DNA from: an uncultured virus (IMG/VR IMGVR_UViG_2049941000_000128)
Lineage: Duplodnaviria; Heunggongvirae; Uroviricota; Caudoviricetes
Direction: 5' to 3' (one strand)
Virus record (IMG/VR): IMGVR_UViG_2049941000_000128
DNA length: 43,045 nt
The position numbers were made by a program, and so were the translations under genes. Under the pieces are notes generated by a model. The model saw nothing but the letters and a program-made list of their open reading frames with translations. It made no database searches and had not been told where the DNA came from. Of the stretch, positions 38,160-43,045 are shown in pieces (positions within the stretch are counted from its first letter, which is position 1; each line of letters begins with the position of its first letter).

Positions 38160-39682
38160 TAGATTGGCTGCATACCTTGGCTGGTCGCCCAGTTGTACAC
38201 GGCTTGGATGGCATCGATGCTGGACTTGGTAAGGTCGGCATATCCGCCAGAGTCGCTCATTCGGAGCTTGGCGTGGTCGAGCGAGGCCGTAAGCGAGGAA
38301 GCGTCCGAAGCCATACGGAAGCCGTCGTCTTGTAGGGTTACCAACCTTCCGGCCGTATTCGCGCTCATGCGCATCCCGTACTCGTTAAACACCGTCTTTG
38401 CTTCGAGTTGGTCGTTGTCCTTGTCCACGGAGCTAAATACAAGGTCACGGCTTGTCAGAGCGTAGTAGTAATCGCTGTGCAGACCGAGAAATTCGCCGGA
38501 GCAAGCGGTCACGCCGAGCGCGACATCCTTTCCGTTGCCGGACAAGCCGAACCCCACGTTGACAGACGACAGCTTATTGTTCCAGCTGGNNNNNNNNNNG
38601 CAAGCGGTCACTCCGAGCGCGACATCCTTTCCGTTGCCGGACAAGCCAAACCCAACGTTGACAGAAGACATCTTGTTATTCCAGCTGGAAATGCTTGACT
38701 GATAAATGAACGCAGATCCGTCGAACGGATTGTAAAATCCGATGTATGCCGGGTACAACTCCGCAGTTCCGTTGTTGTAACCGATGTATATGTCAAGTAC
38801 GGACTTCTCTTCGCTATTATTACCCATCTGGGCACGTTTGGAACTGTTCCAGCTATCCCAGATTTTGTAGTCGCCGAAACTGTTGACGCCCGTAATGCCG
38901 TAGGTTGTTACAACCCCGGCGTCTTGATTTGTTCCGGTAGGAGTGTATGTCGTCGCTGTGAATCCGTTAATGCCATACGTTGTATATTCGAGATTGCCGC
39001 CAATATCGTAAGAAAGCTTCAGTGCGGTGTTCAGATTTGTCAGCACGTCCGCTGTACGACCGAACTGAAGTCCGGTTCTGTCGTAGTAGGCGGATGGTCT
39101 GCCAGACTCATAGAATGAAAGACGGTCGTCCTTGAGCTTTGAAGTGACCGGTCTTACACCGTTTGAACTCAGCACTACTCCGCTAAGGTTGTACGAAGCG
39201 AATCTGTCTAGATCATTACCGTTGAAGAACTCTACAGATTCAGGTTTTGCAGTCAACGTGCAAGTACCAGAATCAGCGATTGTGATTTGGTTACTGTGGA
39301 TGTATGTTTCCCCACCAGCACTGTCCTTGAAGTAATTGGTGCCCAACCCCACGTAGGACGTGGCAGAGGCGTCGTGCATGTATATGCTGTACGAATTGAT
39401 AGTGTTGATGTACGGCAGCCCGGTAGATGACAGCGTAATCTCGCTGGCAAGGCCGAGCGGACTGGCCGACGTGCCACTTCCGGACAAGTTATCGTCATGC
39501 ACAACCTTGGTGAGTGCGTCTGGCTGTCCGACTGCCGAACCATCGATGGCCGTAATGGTAGAGCCAGAATACGAATAAGATATCGACGCCTGTGCGCCGA
39601 TGTTCGTTCTCGCTTGAAGCTGCTCGGCAGTCGTGAAGGACTGAGCAGTTGAAGCTAATATCTTGTTAATTTGTTCTGACAT
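38159..39682 (-). CDS. Tail fibre protein (duplicated segment 38500-38589/38600-38688)
   Basis: QSFTTAEQLQARTNIGA motif; LSGSGTSASPLG motif; repeated short beta strands. Confidence 0.75.
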   Translation of the reverse strand: MSEQINKILASTAQSFTTAEQLQARTNIGAQASISYSYSGSTITAIDGSAVGQPDALTKVVHDDNLSGSGTSASPLGLASEITLSSTGLPYINTINSYSIYMHDASATSYVGLGTNYFKDSAGGETYIHSNQITIADSGTCTLTAKPESVEFFNGNDLDRFASYNLSGVVLSSNGVRPVTSKLKDDRLSFYESGRPSAYYDRTGLQFGRTADVLTNLNTALKLSYDIGGNLEYTTYGINGFTATTYTPTGTNQDAGVVTTYGITGVNSFGDYKIWDSWNSSKRAQMGNNSEEKSVLDIYIGYNNGTAELYPAYIGFYNPFDGSAFIYQSSISSWNNKMSSVNVGFGLSGNGKDVALGVTACXXXXSWNNKLSSVNVGFGLSGNGKDVALGVTACSGEFLGLHSDYYYALTSRDLVFSSVDKDNDQLEAKTVFNEYGMRMSANTAGRLVTLQDDGFRMASDASSLTASLDHAKLRMSDSGGYADLTKSSIDAIQAVYNWATSQGMQPI

Positions 39683-39684
39683 AC

Positions 39685-40500
39685 TTAAACCTCTTTGCGA
39701 TTGATGCCGTACATGGCGTAGATGGGGTATGCAATGTATGAAATAGTTTTAGATGCCGTTCCATTTCCTCCCCAAGGGTTAGCCGCTCCCCAATTAGGCG
39801 AGAATAATTTCCCTCCTAGCGAGCTACAGACTTGTGTACCACTAGACCAGGTATATGTAGTGAGTGAAAATGCATTCACAGCGGTTGAACCCCAGTTAGC
39901 TCTAACACAAGTATTTGCACCGTCCCCCGAAGGTGAAGCTATTTCCCACGAATTTCTTGATTCACCACGGTCGCCAACACAAATTCTCAATCGCTCAAAC
40001 GCAGAAGCTGGCTCTGATAGCGTAAAAGACGCTGTTCTGGCCGTATTTTCAGCACTATAAAGCAACGTGGAGTTGTATCTAGTCCACCCAGCACCAGTTA
40101 GTGGATTACCTACTGCTGAATGTATGGTTCCAGCGGTACGATTTATACCGTATACTGTACTAAAAAACTTTATGTTGTTCGCCCTATTTACGCTTGACCC
40201 TAGCAACTGTAAGGAAGCCTTAGCTTCTTGGCACAAGTAGTTGTAATTTAATGCCTGTAATCCACTCCCGTTGTTAGTCACCTTGAACATGTACTGGACA
40301 TCCATATAGCCTTGGTTAGACCAGTATTTACCGACATTGAACCTCATGCTGTTCCAGTTACAAGAAGTCTCGACCAGTCGCTTATATGTGTCAGTGTTCA
40401 CTTCTATGTATTCGAAATTAGAGATGGGCTCTGTCAGGGTTATGGACGAAGCGTTAGAGCCACTGTAAAGCAAAGTTCTGTTGTAGTAGTTTTCGCTCAT
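39685..40500 (-). CDS. Putative receptor-binding protein with two tandem ~130-aa tip domains
   Basis: YN.TLLYS...S.TL.EP.S.FE....YGINR present twice; lower GC than core genes. Confidence 0.6.
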   Translation of the reverse strand: MSENYYNRTLLYSGSNASSITLTEPISNFEYIEVNTDTYKRLVETSCNWNSMRFNVGKYWSNQGYMDVQYMFKVTNNGSGLQALNYNYLCQEAKASLQLLGSSVNRANNIKFFSTVYGINRTAGTIHSAVGNPLTGAGWTRYNSTLLYSAENTARTASFTLSEPASAFERLRICVGDRGESRNSWEIASPSGDGANTCVRANWGSTAVNAFSLTTYTWSSGTQVCSSLGGKLFSPNWGAANPWGGNGTASKTISYIAYPIYAMYGINRKEV

Positions 40501-40508
40501 AATGCCTC

Positions 40509-41000
40509 CTATTGATACTTAACGCCTATGACTTCATGCACACAAAGGATTTTACGCCAATCATAGCTACCAGCTGTCCAGTTGCCGTTTAGGCTTGCTC
40601 TTGTTTGTATCCACCACCAACAAGAGCCAGTATTATTGACAACTTTCCAGTTAGTCGCATTAGACGAAAACCGAACTTCTGACAGATAATAACCCCACGG
40701 ATCCGTACCTGGATCGACCATAGGCACAGAAATTGCTCTATTGTTAGCTGTACCGTCGAATGTGAAATAATGCGTCGCATACGCAGGGTTAGCGATACTG
40801 CAACCAACAATGTATTCGTCGAATGCGGAAAGTGCCGACGGCAGTGTGCCACCTTCTTTTCCAGAACCGTCAGGCGTAGTCCACAGCTTGTACTCGTAGC
40901 GTGTAACTGGAATCACTGGGTCGTAATTCCATGCCACGCTTCCGCTTCCGCCGAAGGTGAGCCTGTCCGTGCCGTATGTGACATAGTAAGAGCTGGACAT
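40509..41000 (-). CDS. Putative receptor-binding protein with one tip domain
   Basis: EYKLW..TLPSALSAFDE...VIGVK; GGAGG SD; aromatic-rich. Confidence 0.6.
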   Translation of the reverse strand: MSSSYYVTYGTDRLTFGGSGSVAWNYDPVIPVTRYEYKLWTTPDGSGKEGGTLPSALSAFDEYIVGCSIANPAYATHYFTFDGTANNRAISVPMVDPGTDPWGYYLSEVRFSSNATNWKVVNNTGSCWWWIQTRASLNGNWTAGSYDWRKILCVHEVIGVKYQ

Positions 41001-41001
41001 G

Positions 41002-41867
41002 CTATGCCTCCGCCGTGCGGTTGATGCCGACTATTTGTACTAAGTAATTGTACCCAGAAGCATTATAGCCATTTCCAGCGAACGCCGTATTCAAGTTAAT
41101 CGTAGAGTTGTATGTGTTCGTTACAGCAGTCCCACTAATATTGAATTTTGCAAGTCGCCAGAAAATATCGGTTGTTGATGGGCCATTACATCTGAAGTCG
41201 TACAAAGTATACGGATTGTTGTCCGTAGCTTCGAATTCAATCCAATGTGCGTTTTGTACATACGAATCGCCGCCGTACAAGAACTTAACCCTTTTGAAGT
41301 TAGTGATAGTTTCATTGAGCGCCAATGGGAAAGTCAAGTCTTTCGTAAGCTTGCCTTCAGTATTACTCCACAGCACGGTTTCGTCCGTGCTGGCCACCAG
41401 CGTATTGCCAACCTTCTCAAGCTTTACACCCGGCCCGGCAGACAGTGCAAGCGCGGAGCCGCCCCAGTTGGCGGACTGGGTAGACACGAGGTCGACCGTG
41501 CCGCTCACATCCGCACTCAAGGCGTAGGAAGACAGTGCCGAGCTGTCGGCCTTGCCGGAGACTGCGCTTTCGGCGTAGCTGGAAGCAATGGCGGACACCG
41601 TGGCACTGTCCACGCCGCCAGCACCGCCAGCGATGGCACTGCCGTTGATAGCACTTATCTTGTCTTCACTGTCGTAGCTGTAGGTCGGCAGTGCCGATGC
41701 CCATGCCAGCTCGGCAATGCTACCCGGTGCGAGGTAATCCGCAGCCGATGCCGATGCAGAACCCAGCATGTCCCTGTACCAGGAGCCATAGAGGGAAACC
41801 GTGGTCGCGTTCGGCACACCGAGAACAACCTCTACATTGCCGGCGCCTGCTGAGGCAGTTGCGGCGA
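41002..41867 (-). CDS. 5'-partial tail fibre ending in a tip domain
   Basis: ISAINGSAIAGG module; ETVLWS...LNETITNFK...IVGINR; the ORF-track fusion across the 41868 gap is an artefact. Confidence 0.7.
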
Positions 41868-41877
41868 NNNNNNNNNN

Positions 41878-42300
41878 CCAACCATTTGTTTGGCCACACC
41901 TAGTAGCCATCCACCAGTTGCACGATCCAGTATTGTTCACTACGACCCAGTTTGTAGCGTTAGACGAGAATCGAGCTTCGGCCATATAAAATCCCCAAGG
42001 GGATGCACCGGGGTCAGTCATCAAACCATTTAAGCACACATCGTTCGCAGTCCCGTTAAATGTTTGGTACTGGCGAGTATAGCTTGGGTTCTGGATACTG
42101 TACGCTACAATAAATTCATCGAAGGCGGAAAGAGCGGATGGGAGAGTTCCGTTTGCACTACCGGAACCGTTTGGCGTAGTCCACAGCTTGTACTCGTAAC
42201 GCGTAACTGGAATCACTGGGTCGTAATTCCAAGCCACGCTTCCGCTTCCGCCGAAGGTGAGCCTGTCCGTGCCGTATGTGACATAGTAGCTGCTGGACAT
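41878..42300 (-). CDS. Divergent allele of 40509-41000 (3'-partial)
   Basis: First 43 aa identical, then many substitutions. Confidence 0.7.
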
Positions 42301-42557
42301 GCTATGCCTCCGCCGTGCGGTTAACGCCGACTATTTGTACTAAGTAATTGTATCCAGAAGTATTATAGCCATTTCCAGCGAACGCCGTATTCAAGTTAAT
42401 CGTAGAGTTGTNNNNNNNNNNGCCGTTATTGTGCTACCGGAATAGCTGTAATTAATCGACTGCTGTGCATCGATGTTGTCACGCGCTTGTTTCTGCTCGG
42501 CAGTCGTGAAGGCTTGAGCAGTGGAAGCTAGTACCTTGTTAATTTGTTCTGACATAC

Positions 42558-43045
42558 TTAAACCTCTTTGCGATTGATGCCGTACATAGCATAGATAGGT
42601 GCTGCGATGTAACTAGCTGTAGTTGACGCTGTTCCAGCTCCATTCCACGGATTAGCTGCGCCCCAGTTGGGTGCGAAATGCTTGCCATTCAATGCGTTAC
42701 AGACTTGTGTGCCGCTTGCCCACTGATAAGTAGATATTGAGAATGCATTGACTCCCGTATTTGTGCCCCAGTTTGAACGAACGGTCATATTGTCTCCGTC
42801 ACCAGACGGTGTGTTTACGACCCAAGAATTTCTGGCCTCGCCGGAAGTACCGACACATACACGAATGCGGTCAAAGGCCGAAGCAGGTTCAGATAAGGTA
42901 ATTGATGTAGCACCGTTGTTAGCTGCGCTATACAGCAGTGTTTCGTTATAACGAACCCACCCCTCACCAGTTGGAGGTACTGTTACGGCTGTGCCAGATG
43001 ATCCAGAGATTCTGTTAATACCCCATACTTCTTTGAACGCTTTTA
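42558..43045 (-). CDS. Divergent allele of 39685-40500 (5'-partial)
   Basis: ...WVRYNETLLYSA...TLSEPASAFD...PIYAMYGINRKEV; followed by an allele of the 39682 gene start at 42422-42555. Confidence 0.7.
   Translation of the reverse strand, partial: KAFKEVWGINRISGSSGTAVTVPPTGEGWVRYNETLLYSAANNGATSITLSEPASAFDRIRVCVGTSGEARNSWVVNTPSGDGDNMTVRSNWGTNTGVNAFSISTYQWASGTQVCNALNGKHFAPNWGAANPWNGAGTASTTASYIAAPIYAMYGINRKEV

Noticed and set aside
41002..42300. 432-aa fusion protein in the ORF track
   Set aside because: Joins two different genes across the N gap at 41868-41877
39685..43045. Diversity-generating retroelement (TR/VR pairs) in the tip-domain genes
   Set aside because: Differences between copies involve all bases and many synonymous sites rather than adenines only; no reverse transcriptase in the window
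1..43045. Alternative genetic code or integration module
   Set aside because: Standard-code ORFs tile the sequence densely and use all three stops; no integrase or repressor recognised, though gaps could hide small genes

Overview
Most or all of a ~40 kb podovirus-like tailed phage genome from a gapped, strain-mixed scaffold. Many 10-N gaps flank duplicated allelic segments, so several genes are split or appear twice. The minus strand carries the late region: terminase, scaffold, P22-like coat, gp4-like adaptor, gp10-like hub, ejection-type proteins, a displaced portal and a large set of modular tail fibre/adhesin genes at both window ends (probably circularly permuted). It also carries a lysis cassette (holin-like, 25-aa TM peptide, DUF5675), two glycosyltransferases and DUF1353. 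The plus strand carries a VapE-like helicase, family A DNA polymerase, an SSB-like gene, an HNH endonuclease and an inverted small-gene cassette. No integrase, tRNA, CRISPR or reverse transcriptase was seen. The best leads are: (1) a GT2 - Cys-every-fourth peptide - GT-B coupled triplet; (2) two sigma-domain-2-like proteins plus a 15-nt motif, GCATAGTTATASNTG, in front of late genes; (3) a promoter-anchored four-hairpin ncRNA candidate with complementary loops; (4) a shared connector module and swappable tip domains across the fibre genes. All family calls come from motif recognition by eye, not from database searches.
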